Shown: positions 24,201 through 36,200 of the stretch, in pieces | Numbering within the stretch: the stretch's first letter is position 1 | Layout of the letters: every line of letters begins with the position of its first letter | Assembly (NCBI GenBank): GCA_015233495.1 | Contig: JADFXQ010000012.1 | Span: 1 to 39,402, forward strand | Reading direction: 5' to 3' | Source of the DNA: Candidatus Omnitrophota bacterium | GTDB lineage: Bacteria > Omnitrophota > Gorgyraeia > Zapsychrales > Zapsychraceae | Length of the DNA stretch: 39,402 nucleotides | Translations under genes and position numbers: made by a program | The notes under the pieces: generated by a model | Told to the model about the DNA's origin: nothing | Seen by the model: the letters and a program-made list of their open reading frames with translations, nothing else | Databases searched by the model: none

Positions 24201-27200
24201 TTTTTCCGGAAAAGTTTCCGGTAAAATCCGCCAAATAATTCCGTGCTAAAAATTCAAAAACCGCAATGAGAATATTTTCAAAATCAGCTGGTTTTTCAGC
24301 GTCAACGCGGATGGAAAGAACCGCATCCACGCTGGACGGCCGCACCAAGGCCCAACCGGTTTCGCGGCCTTCGTTATCCGCAAAAAACACCTTAATCCCG
24401 TCAAGAAAATCCGACTTGTCTTCATTTTGCAATACGCGGCAGCCCCGGATATCGCGGAATTCCCGCATGAATATTTGGACGATCTCCCGGTTCGCCTCCG
24501 CTATATTTCCGTTACACCCCACAACTATATCCCGGCTCGCGGCTGGGCGGATATCCTCAGTGGTATGCCAAGGGATACGCAGCCTTCGCAAAGTATCTTG
24601 CAAACCGCCGGCGCGCTGCCGAGCGCCCAACATAATCCACAGCGCCGCTTTAAGCGGGTCGTCAAAACATCCGCCCAAGCTGTCGCCGTCAAAATAAATG
24701 CGTCCCGATTCTTCGCCTCCCAGCACGGCTCCCGTCTGGCGCATCCTTTCTTTAATATTCGCGTGCCCGACCCGCGTCTCATAGTAATGCCCATTTTGTT
24801 GCTCAACCGCCCGTTTCACAGAATAAGACATTTTCACGTCGCAAACCACACCGGCGCCCTCCATTTGCGCGAGCACTGCGTCCGCGGTCAATAAAAACAA
24901 TTCTTCCGAAGTCAAAACATCCGCCTGTCCGAGCCTATCCCCTACTGCCGCGCCTAACCGGTCGCCATCCCCGTCAAAAACCCAAAGAAAATCCGACCCG
25001 GCAGCCAAAAATTCCCGACGCGAACTTTCCCAGTACCCGTGCACAGTCGGATCGGGATAACAAATTTCGTCATCCGCGCTTAATCCCAAAGGAAAATTGC
25101 CGTCCGGCTCGCCGCGGACAACCCTTACCACCGCGCCTAATGTCGAAAAAACCTGTTTGGCAACTTCTCCCGAAACCCCATGCATAGCGTCCACCATAAT
25201 TCTGGTTCCGGTTAAAGGCAGGCCTTCCTCCCTGACTTTTTGCGAGAACAATTTCTGAGTTAAAGCTACCAATTCCGGAACCGTATGCTCTGTCAAAAAT
25301 TCCCGGGACGCTTTTAAACCCATAACCCAAATCGAACCAATCAGAAAATCAACATAATTTTTCAACAACGCTTGCGGCCGTGTATAAACATAAGACCCTT
25401 GCTCTGCCGCCGGAGGCGTAACATCGCCGGATAAAGCCTCGATAACCGCCAAGGCGCTGACCGCTTCAATTTCGGCAGTCAATAAATTACGGATGCCGCT
25501 TTTGCTCATCGCCAGCGGTTTCATGCCGTTTGAGTGTTTAGGATGATGCGATGCGGTGATCATCAGTCCGCCGTCACACCGGCCCAATCCCGCGAACCAC
25601 TGACAAGCAAAGTACAGTTGCGGAGTGGTGCACCTCCCTACGTCAATCACATTCACGCCGGCCGAACGCCAAGACCGAACAACTCTTTGGTGAATCCCCG
25701 GGGATGTCAAACGGGCGTCGCGGCCGATCACCAAAGTCAAACGACCAGTCATCCGGCCTTCCGCCGCGTAGATGTCTTGTTGATGCCGCGCCAAAGCCCG
25801 CGCGAAATACGCGCAGGTATCAGGATTAAATTCTTCCTCAGCGTCTTGCGAGCGAAAATCATATTCCCGGGTTACCTTCTGAATGACCTGGGCCGCGCTT
25901 TTTTTCGCGGCGAACAATCTGATTTCTTTTTGCAGAACATCTTCCAACGAACTTTGCGCCAATTGCTGGGCGATCCCGCGGTAATCTTTCGGGATGATCA
26001 AATCTGCGCCGGCCTGAAAATGCCGCGCCAAAACCGCATCCCGGCTCACCATGGCCGCGGCCAACGCGCCAGCTTGTTTCGCGGCCTTTATATCCGCGTC
26101 GGGATTGTCTCCCACCAGCAAAACTTCCGAACAATCCACACCGCATAAACCGGCAATTTCACCTATAGCTTTTGCTTTTGACAACTTCGGACCAATATAA
26201 AAACCGTTGAAGTAATGCTCAATGCCCAACTTTTGCGCTTGATACAATTTATTATCGCGGCTGCCGCGCGCAATAATATAAAGATGTTTGCCCTGCTGAA
26301 CCAACCGACACAATACGGTTTCAATTCCGGGAATCAACAAATCGTCCCGGCTGCTCTCGGCCATGGCATCAAAAACTTCGCGAACCATACGTAAACGTTC
26401 CGCGTCCGCCTGTTGCCAAGATAATTCACCGCATCGATAAACACCCCGTCGCACTGCTTCTTCGATCACCTTATTTAAAACATCCGGCATCGGAATATCA
26501 TTCTCCAGATACCACGTCCGGGTTAGCCGGGCAAAATGAAAATCATCCGCTGTCGGCTGACCTCCGGAAACCAGATGGGCAATCGCCTGAATATTCGCTT
26601 GCGCGTCGAATAAACTGTTATGAATGATTGTTTCATCCCAATCAAACGCGACCACTTTCACCTTCAGCCTACCCGGGGATTGCCGCTGGTCCACCGGCGG
26701 AGTGCCGCGCCCAGTCTGCGGGGCGGATGAAACTGCTTTAGGCGCCGCGGGGATTTTTCCCGGCGCTACCAAATCCGTCAACGCGGGCTTGCAATCTCCG
26801 GCATGGCCCAAATACAACTCGCGGTCGTGCAGAACGCGCGATCTTAACAATTCGACTTTAATCCCGGCGGATAAAACCCCCTCCAGCGCCGCCCGGGCCG
26901 CTTCCACAAAAATATCCCGGCCGGAATGGCTCAACGCTTTCCCAAAATGCGTTCCCACCCCGCCGGCCAGGACAATCGTCCAGGGTTCGGCCGCGTCAAA
27001 AATCGCCGGGTGGTTGTTCATGAATGCCGCTAACGCGGCGCCGGCTTCCGCGCCCATCCGGGTCATAAAATCCACGGCAAAAGCGTTATTTTCCCGGGCC
27101 AAAACCATAATCTCCTCCATGACTTCTCTTTCTACGACGATCGCCTCCGGATCGGTTTCCCGCCCGGCCAACAGATTATCCAAATCATCCAGCGCATAAC

Positions 27201-30200
27201 GGGCGTGTTTAAACCCGGTTTCTTTTCGGGCCGCCGCCATTGCCCGAGCCGCGGCGATAAACCGTTTGGCAATAAACGGGCCGCCTAAAACCCGGCTCAA
27301 CCGCTGATCATCCCGAACTTCTTTGCCGGAATAATAATCGCCGTCCGCAGTCGGATGATATTCCCATTGCGGGCCGATAGCCGGATCCCAATTCGGATCT
27401 TTTAAGAAAAGATGTCGCCCGATATGAGAAAGCGCGGTATCAATGCTCATTTCACCCCAGACCCCGTGGTCAATGACGCGTCCGTCTTTAATCACCGCCG
27501 TGGAAATGCCGGTGGCAAAATTCACGACCAACCCGCGGCTTTTGTCTCGCAACCCGCCTTGCGGATGAATCATCTCACCAACGCCCGCGGCTAAAACGTC
27601 GTTCAAAAGATAAACCTCGCGTAAATTCTTTAAACCGCTTTTGCGCAACTCGCTCTCTAACGCCGGAGCCAGACCAAACGGCTGGGAAAGAAACATAAAT
27701 GTGCCCGTTACAGTACGATTCACATAATCCGGCGGACCCGGCCAACTGATATCCACCTGCTTGATTTGGTCTAAAGGAATGCTTTTCCCGCTGCAAGTTT
27801 TTAAAATCAAACGCGTAAAATATTGCACCCAATCTTCCGGCGTCACCGAAGCCGGTTCGGTTTTAGTGGCTGACCGTAATTCCTTGCCGATCATTGCCCG
27901 TAATTCCGCGCGCCAATTGATTTGCGGATCAACCACCATCTGGCCGGGCTGTCCCGCTACCGCTACCTGAAACTTGGTGCTGCCGGCGCAAACCACGACA
28001 GCATAGGTTTCCACCCGGGCGGATTCCTGGATCAAAAGCGGAATATTGCCTTTGCGTCCCGTCGTGAAAACCTGCCGGTTTTTTTGACCCAAGCCCCGGT
28101 TGACAACCCGGGTTTTCGCTGCCTGAAGTAACCGGGCGGTGCCCATAGTCTGATCGCCGACAAAAGCAGCGCGCAAATCCGGGTTCAGCTCAAATCCCAT
28201 TAGCGGCGTCACCAAAGCGGTGCGTTTTCTGCCCACCGTACGCACTGCTTCCCAATCATTGCCGGTTGGCGAAGCGTCGTCCGCGATCAACAAAACATCT
28301 AACCCGCGGCTGAATCCAAAGCGGGACGCTCCCGGCCGAAACCCGGCAATGCTTTGCAAAGCGCCCGCGGGAGTCCAAAACGCCAGTTCACTGCCGTCGG
28401 ACGACGCCAACAGCACCCGGTTGCGTAAATGCGGCGGAATCCCTTCCTCCCTGGTCAATTCATACGCCAACCGGTCCGCCCGCCAACCGCTCACCACTAA
28501 CAAAATACCGCCGAGTGAAAGATAGGCCAACAATTCCGGCCGCGCCTTGCTTTTGCTAAACCCTTCCGCGGCAAACAAAGTGTGAATCGCTCCGGTAGCT
28601 AAAACCGTGCGGCTCTGGGACGCGTCAATATAAATTTCCGGCTGATATCCCATAACCTGTAAAACTTCCTGCCAATGGCCGCGTAAATAATGAAAGACCA
28701 AACCCTTATGCATACCCCGGGCTTTGACCTCAATAGTCATGCGTCCCGCGGTACGCACCACGAATCGATGCGGATCCAATACCGAGCTTAAATGATTAAC
28801 TGCCGCGCCGCGAAACACGCCTTCTGTCCCGCGCATTTCGACTTTTGTCACCGCATCATTTGACCGGTGAACTTCGACGCGCACGGCCGGCAGATCGCGG
28901 ACACCTTGCCCCGCTTTGATCAAATTCTCGTCGCTAAACTCCGCCGGCTCTTTCTGAAAAAACGCGGCCGCGGCCCGGATGTCTTTGGACAAACGATGCA
29001 GTTGTTCGTCCGCTCCGGGCAGATGCATAAACACACTCGCACTGTTCGGATCCTGAACAAAGACCAGAAACTGCCGCAGTTCTTTGCCCATTTTCGCCGT
29101 CACCCAATCAACTTCGTCTTTACTGAGCCTAAACCAATCCGACGACCGCGGCCAACCCAAAACCCGCCGCAAATTGAGGGGAGAAGAAGCCGACAAATTA
29201 AAAAACCAACCGGCGGGTGTTGCTGCCGCGGACAATGGTGTCGAAACCAGGTTGAGGGCGCGCGATGTTGGATTCTCCTCGTTGTCAGCGATATCCGCGC
29301 CTAACTTGTCCGTGTTTCCCGGTTGTATTCCATAACCCGCCGGTTGGTTGCATCGATTAAAAAATCCAGCAGCTACTGGGTTTCCTCCAGCCACGGTAGA
29401 AAGTCCCGGTTGAACAGCTGCTGGTAAAATTAATAAATCCGCCGGACTCGACGCCGGCGCATCCGTTATACTCTGCACCGCCGGATAATGCCGTCGCTGC
29501 GCCGGCGAACTGCCGCGCCCGGTCTGCTTGACAGGCCTTATACCCATAATCTTTTCCAACGCCCAATCAAAAAACCTTTTTTCATAAGCCGCGTCACCCG
29601 CCATTTCTATGAAAGAATCTTTAGAAAACTGCGGATCAAAACTATGCTGAGCTAAACCCATAATTTTGCCCAGTTCCTCCTTGATCATCTCCCGGAATAC
29701 GCGCTTATAAAATTCCGGTGAGACCCGGTCAGGCTCGTAAACTGCGATATACTGCTCGATCACTCGGAACACCCAGTCGATTCCGTTTAAATCCCTGTCC
29801 GTTTTTAACCGCCGCGCATAATCTGACACGGATACGCCGGATCCTCGGGCATAGGGCGCGATAACACCGGTATTCCAATAATCAACCAGAGTCATATCGT
29901 TAATAGCGGCTCTGGCCTCCCATGCCGCCATGTCAGTGAAATGCGCGATAACCTCTTCCCGCCAGCGCGTCTGAACAATTTTCCGGGTAAGGAATAAAAG
30001 CTTTTTGTCGCGTTGGAACACTTCGGACAAAGCATCGCCAACCTGGGCGCTTTCCTCCAGGCGCTGTGCCCACGCTATATTATTCCGCTGATACGCGTCG
30101 CGGGCCTTATCCTGTGACGGAGCCAGATGCACAGCTTCATGAAACAAAATAATATCCGCCCAAGCCAAAACTTGCGGCAGCAAACGTGGTCCGTATAGAA

Positions 30201-33200
30201 ACGTATCGCTTTCCACCGCGACACCCAAAATAAAATTGTCTTCCATAACGGCCCGCATTGTGCCGGTTTGAACAATATCTTTTAACCGCGCCACCCCGCG
30301 CCGAATCTCGTCAGCGGATAGTCTGATTTCCCCCGGTAAACAAAGCCGGCTGATTTCCAAAGCGTAATCTTGATGCGCGGCAAAAGTTTTCATCATCAAT
30401 GCCCGCGCCCCTTCATCATGGACCGTAAATTTCCACACCGGATCAACCTTCGGCGGAGCCAATAATTGCCGGCCTAATCTCAACGCGCCCCAGCCCAAAA
30501 CGGAGCCGCCCAAAATCAATCGCAAGAAATCCCGGCGCGGCATCTGCGGTTGCGCAGGTTCTGAGCTTTCCTGATTCAAGTCCAAGGCAACCGCTTCATC
30601 CTCAACCGGACTGGCGCCTGCCATTGCCGCTGACCAGGACGCTTGCCAACGATAAAATTCCCGGTCAAAATCTTCCGCGGATAAATCCGCCGCTCGCGGT
30701 TTCTCTAAAAGATAAATCCGGCGCAGCATATCCCCCACTCCGCCCGCTTCCGCGCCCGGAGACAAAACCCCGATGAGCGTCAATTTCAGTTGATCCGGCC
30801 GATTGTTGACGATCACCCCAGCCAAAGCCTGATAGGTATTTTTCAGCCTCGGCGTTGTCGCCCGGCGCGCCAGATCCGCGAAATGCGTTTTTAAATCTGC
30901 CGTGCCGCGCCGCGCGAGATATTCAATCTCCGCGGCATAAGCGTCCCGCTCATTCACCGCGCGTAAAGCAGCCACGCGTTTTAAACGGTCGCGGTTGAGC
31001 CTGCCTTGTAAACTATTCTCCAGCATAGCCGTTTCGGTTCTCGGCAGCAGGGCATATAAATCCTCGCGTAATTTGCGCCGGGCTTCCTGCTTTGGCAATA
31101 AATGGATCGCTTCGTGCAGAACAATGCTCTGAGCCTCGCGGCCGCTCGGATCCAAACTCAGGATCTCGGCTAACCGCGCGGTATCCACCGCGATTCTTCC
31201 GTCGCGCAGTTTACGAAAGGTCTCGCCGGGCAGATTTTCGGCAACCAACTCGCCGCGGCTGATCTGCCGCAAAATACCTTCTAAGCTGCTGGCATCTTCC
31301 GCCGACAAAACCGAAATCTGCCCTAACAACGGCAGCCGCGCCAATAAATCCTCTGCAAGGCGCGGCACGGACACCGTTGCCGCGCCGCTCAACAAATTAC
31401 CGCGGCCCGGCAGCCGAGCTGTAACCAAAAATCGCTGAACCAATTCCCAAACACCCAATCCCGCAATGCCGCCCAAAACCAACTTGAGAAAATCCCGTCG
31501 ACCGGAGGGTGAAGCATTCCCGCTCTTTTGACTCGACAACGGCGAACTGGCGCCGCAATCAGTTGGATCGTATTTGCTAACCTGAGCGCCGGTCACATTG
31601 ACGTGTTTTATCCACCAGAGCGGAAAATCCCGGCGAAGCTGTTGTTGCAGATCCGACACGCGTTGTTGATTAACGCCCTCATAGCTGACCAATAAATCAT
31701 GCAAATACGCGGCCTGCCCGTCCGACGCGGGCAGAACCTTCCACCATTCCCCAAAACGGCGGTCAATTTCCCGTAATAAATCCAAATATTTTAATTTTCC
31801 GATTTTGCCAAAATTATCACAATAGCCAAGGCCGATCTCATAAAGCAAAACAGCATGACTATTGGGATCCATTTTCCAGGTTTCGACCCTTTGCCGAAAA
31901 CGCTTAATCCATTGACCGGTCATTGCCCTGACTTCAAAGCGGCTTTGACAACGCGAGAATATTTTCCGAATATACGCCTGGGCTTGCTCCCGGCGTAACG
32001 CTTCCCATTCATTAGCCGCGATTGCCGGCAAAGCTGTCGGCTTCTCAGCGCCGCGAAAATGAATCGTTATCCCTTTCTGGCAAAGCGCCGCGAACTCCTC
32101 CGGCCGCAGCGCTATGCAGTTTACCGACATTGCGATCCAGCAATGATACAAGTGCAACAATTCGATCTTGCGCGAACGAAAATGCGGTCTGAGGATCAAA
32201 CGTCTGCTGATATCTATCCGCTTTCCCTGCGCGTCGGTTAAACCAACCGCTGCTACCCCGCCGTTAAAAATAACGCGGACTTTTTTGGACGGGATCGTTT
32301 TGCCTCCATTGAGCACCGGAATAAAATATCGGCAGCCGATTTTCACAATTCCCGCGGGCTCAAACTCAAAATTTTTCGAGCTCGGCTTAACCGCTGTCGG
32401 CTTACCACTGGCCTGAGGCTGATCTGCTGTCCGCTTGCCGGCCGTCCGCGGCTGATCGTCGGTCGGCTTACCAGCCTTGCGCGGCTGATCGTCTTTCGGC
32501 TCACGCCCTGCGGCTTTTCGCTGGCGGCGCGCTTTTTTCCCCGCGTTGACAAAAATTCCAATTATGCCGGCTAATAACAATAAAAATCCCGTAAAACGTA
32601 CGGCCAAAGACGCGAACAAAAGCAACTGCGGCAGCCGCGACGATTTCACCGGACGCGGCGGAACAACCGGCGCCGTATCCGCGACCGCTTTAGCCTTTTG
32701 ACACTGCTCACCCTTCGCGGCAGACGGGGGTTCAAAAGGACAGCGTCTAATCGGCGCCAAACGTTGGGCAGCTTGCATACCGATCGTCGGCAGACGCAGC
32801 CGCATCCCTTTGTGGACTGTGTAACCCCGCAAATGATTGATTCTCCGAATCCGCTGCACCATTCCATTGGGGCCGTACAAATTTTGAGAGGTGATCTCTT
32901 GCCCGCGGGCGCGCAGAACATCCGCGGCAATGCCTTCCAAAGTATTTTGCGCCGGCGCGTTGTTGCGCCAACGGCCGACAACCACAACCGGCCGGTTTTG
33001 CGGGCTCCAACGAAACGCATGACCGAACAAAGGCCCCATGGATCCCAAAAACAAACCCAAAGCCAATAACCAAAGCCGAACAGTCCCATTGGCAGGAGAT
33101 GAGTTATGACTATTTTTACGCGCAAAATAATTTTTCCCGACGGGACATGATAAAATACTCATAACTCCAGGTGTCCATTGCAGTTCAGGAGATCTAAAAC

Positions 33201-36200
33201 CATTTATTGGCGACGAAGTGCCGAACCCAGTCAGTTCGGCCGAAGATTGCGTTTCGACTTCACTGTTAAATTCCTGCACCAGCCGGCCCAGCCGCGCCAT
33301 GTTATTTTCATCCATGGCATCGGCTTGACTCTGGACCGGCACAAAATGAATGTCCCGGTCCACCACCACAAACACGGAATCTTCCACCACAGTCAAATCG
33401 CCATAAATACTCTCGATCTGCATACCTTCCAAACCAGAATCGGGATCTTTCTTTTTATCTATGTACACCGGCACCCGCGCGGTTACCATATCCACCCGGC
33501 GGATAACGCTGTCAAAATCCGAATTCCGGTGATACCCAGGCTGCAAATGGAACAAACGCATCAAACCTTCAACTGACAAAAGAAAACTTCCCGTGTTAAA
33601 ATACGGAAACCGCGCCTGAAATTCCGCCATCCGGCCGGCCGGGCTTTTATCTGCCAAACCCATTTCATTTAATACCGCCCAGTCATCGTCCTGCATATCC
33701 GTTTCTTTCTTCGTCAAGGCGTCGATCAACCGTTTCGCCGCGGGGGTCAAACCGATTCCTTCCACCAACTGCACCTGCTCGCCTTTGGCCGGGTCATCAT
33801 AAACCACATCCGCTAACAACCCGCCTTTTTCGCCGCGGTTCTCGCCCAGCAGCCACATACTGACCGGCGGCGCCCTGCCTGCCGCTTGCGCCTGTTCGAT
33901 CATCTCGACAAATAATCCCTTCAGCTCGTCCGTCAAACGCGCCGCCGGATTATTCATATTCGAATGAAAAACCATTTCCACGCCTTGTTCGTGCAGTTCG
34001 CCCAGCACTCCGGAGATGGCCAGCATACGGATAAAATCCCACTGCCCCGTCGGGTTTAACACAAAACAGCCGTCATTTTTTTGCAAAAATTCGCCCTGCT
34101 CGTCGGTGCGCGCCGCGACTGACTGCAAAAACAAATGATGCCTTAATCCATTGCGGTCAAAACCATGCCGGCCCTTTTGCCAAATATCTTCTTGCGCTTT
34201 TTGCTCGCTAATCTGCATCGCGTCCGCGATCTCCTCCAGACGCATGGTTGACCCCATGATCACCATCGGCACTGTCGCGGCTGTTTGGCCGGCAGCCGCG
34301 TTGTACCGCCGCTGAGCCCAGAGACCCATCCGCTCCTTGATGTCAGCAAAAGTCAATCCCGCTAACCCGACGAGCCATTCCATAAACTGCCACCCCGCGT
34401 GCATCGCCCCGCCCGAACGCGTGGAAATCCCGCCCATGGAAACCCCCAAAGCGCATTTGACTTTCTGCCCTTTTTCGCGCAGCCGGTCCATTTGCGGGCC
34501 GTTGTTTTCATCCAATTTTTGCAAACGGCTGTCGATCCGCGCCCGCGCTTGCGGGTCTTTATAATCGCGGATTAAACCCGCCACCGGATTATTGTCTTTC
34601 CCGCGAACCCCTCCCGCGATCTGACGATTCATCTTTGCTTGCCGTCCGCGCGATAAAAGGATGTACTCGCTCAATGACAAACTCGCCATTTGTTTGACTA
34701 ATTCCGTGTAATTTTCGTCACGAGCCACCCGCGTCAACAACCTCAGCCACGCTTCCGCGTAAATAAAATTCGCCGCGCTCAAACTCAAAGTGCGGATGAT
34801 CGCCGCGATTTTCCGCTTAACTTCTTCGCCCGTAGCCTTTTCCCCGTCGGCATTTTTATAAAGCAGCCGGTCCAAAGACCGTTGAATAACCGCCCGCTCC
34901 GGCGAACGCGGATTCAATTGATGATCAATCTCATGACCGAGCACAAAACTTACGAAATCACTACTCACGCCTTCGACTATCAAATTCAACAGCCAGCGGT
35001 TAACCTTAATCCGGCCGCTCACGCTCCAACGCGCCAATTGCCTAAACTGATACGACAAATCGAACATGATCCGCAGTTCCCGGTCCTCTCTGACACTCTG
35101 CGGAAAATATTTCATCGTATCCTTCACCGCGTCGATAAGCCGCTCGCTGTCCCCGCCCCAGAGCCATTCACTGCCGGGTTCATAATCCAGCCAAACCTGC
35201 ACAGCGCCTTCCTTCCGGCTGACCACCGCGGTCACTTTGATGCAAGGCAAATTCGCATACCCCGCCGGCAGTTTATCCAGATCCATCCAAGCCATAAACC
35301 CGCGGTTACCCCAGAAAGCCCCGTCACTCGCCGGACTGGAATGGACACCGGGAATCACGCTGACTGCGGCCATTGCGGCACGGAATTGATTGTTTTGTCT
35401 TTCCCGGCCTAACCATCCCAAAATGAATTGAATATTCTTTTCCGTTGCTTCCGGAGCAATTTCCAGCATGGATAACGCGCGGCCCTGCTCATATTCATCC
35501 CCGCCGCGATATTCCGCAATCATCGCTTTAAAATATTCCGCCGCCCAACCTTGAGCGCTGAGGACTTCCGCGGCTTCTTGCCAACCGATCGCGATCGATT
35601 CGTGTAAAATCCAATCTAGCACCGCGATAGCTTCAGCTTCTGTAATAACCTCCGCGTAAATCAAAGCGCTCATGGCCTGGACCCGGTCATAGACATTATG
35701 ATGATTCTCCATCACACCGCGCAGTTCCGGATAATCCAACGGATCTAACGCCCCCAACCGAGCCAAAGCGACCAGACATTTCAAACGTAAATATCCATCC
35801 AGAATATTCTCCTCCGTGCTCACCAACACGCGTCGAATCAAACCGACAGATTCCTCATCTCCGGCTGGCGCGGCTTTTCCCAAAGCTTCCACCGCTTTTT
35901 CCACCAAACGATTGCGGACGCGCAAAAGATCGCGCAATTGCCGCAAAGCCGCGGGATGGCCTGGAGCTGTTTCGCCCAATGTGTAAACCGCGGCTTCCGC
36001 GTGACGCAAAATTTCGCTTCCGCGGCTTATATCTCCAATGTCTAACGCACTCACGTTAATAATGCCGAATTCCTCATCCGGCTCCGGAATCTGTAACGGC
36101 GGCATATTTAATTCCGCGCGAATATCATTGATCAATTCCATAACCAAAACGTCGTTTCTCTGCCATCCCAGCTGAACCAAGGCTGGCGCAGCTTCGTTAA

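Noticed and set aside
33101..33167. Inverted repeat as a rho-independent terminator or gene boundary
   Set aside because: It has an AT-rich stem, a 35-nt loop and no U-tract after the stem, and the reading frame continues through it.
5192..33245. R1 as a CRISPR repeat (37 nt with hairpin)
   Set aside because: Copies are kilobases apart, in frame in a CDS, with no spacer array and no cas genes in the window.
35548..35607. ILHESIAIGWQE as another HEXXH site
   Set aside because: The second His is missing (HESIA) and it lies in the HEAT-like region.
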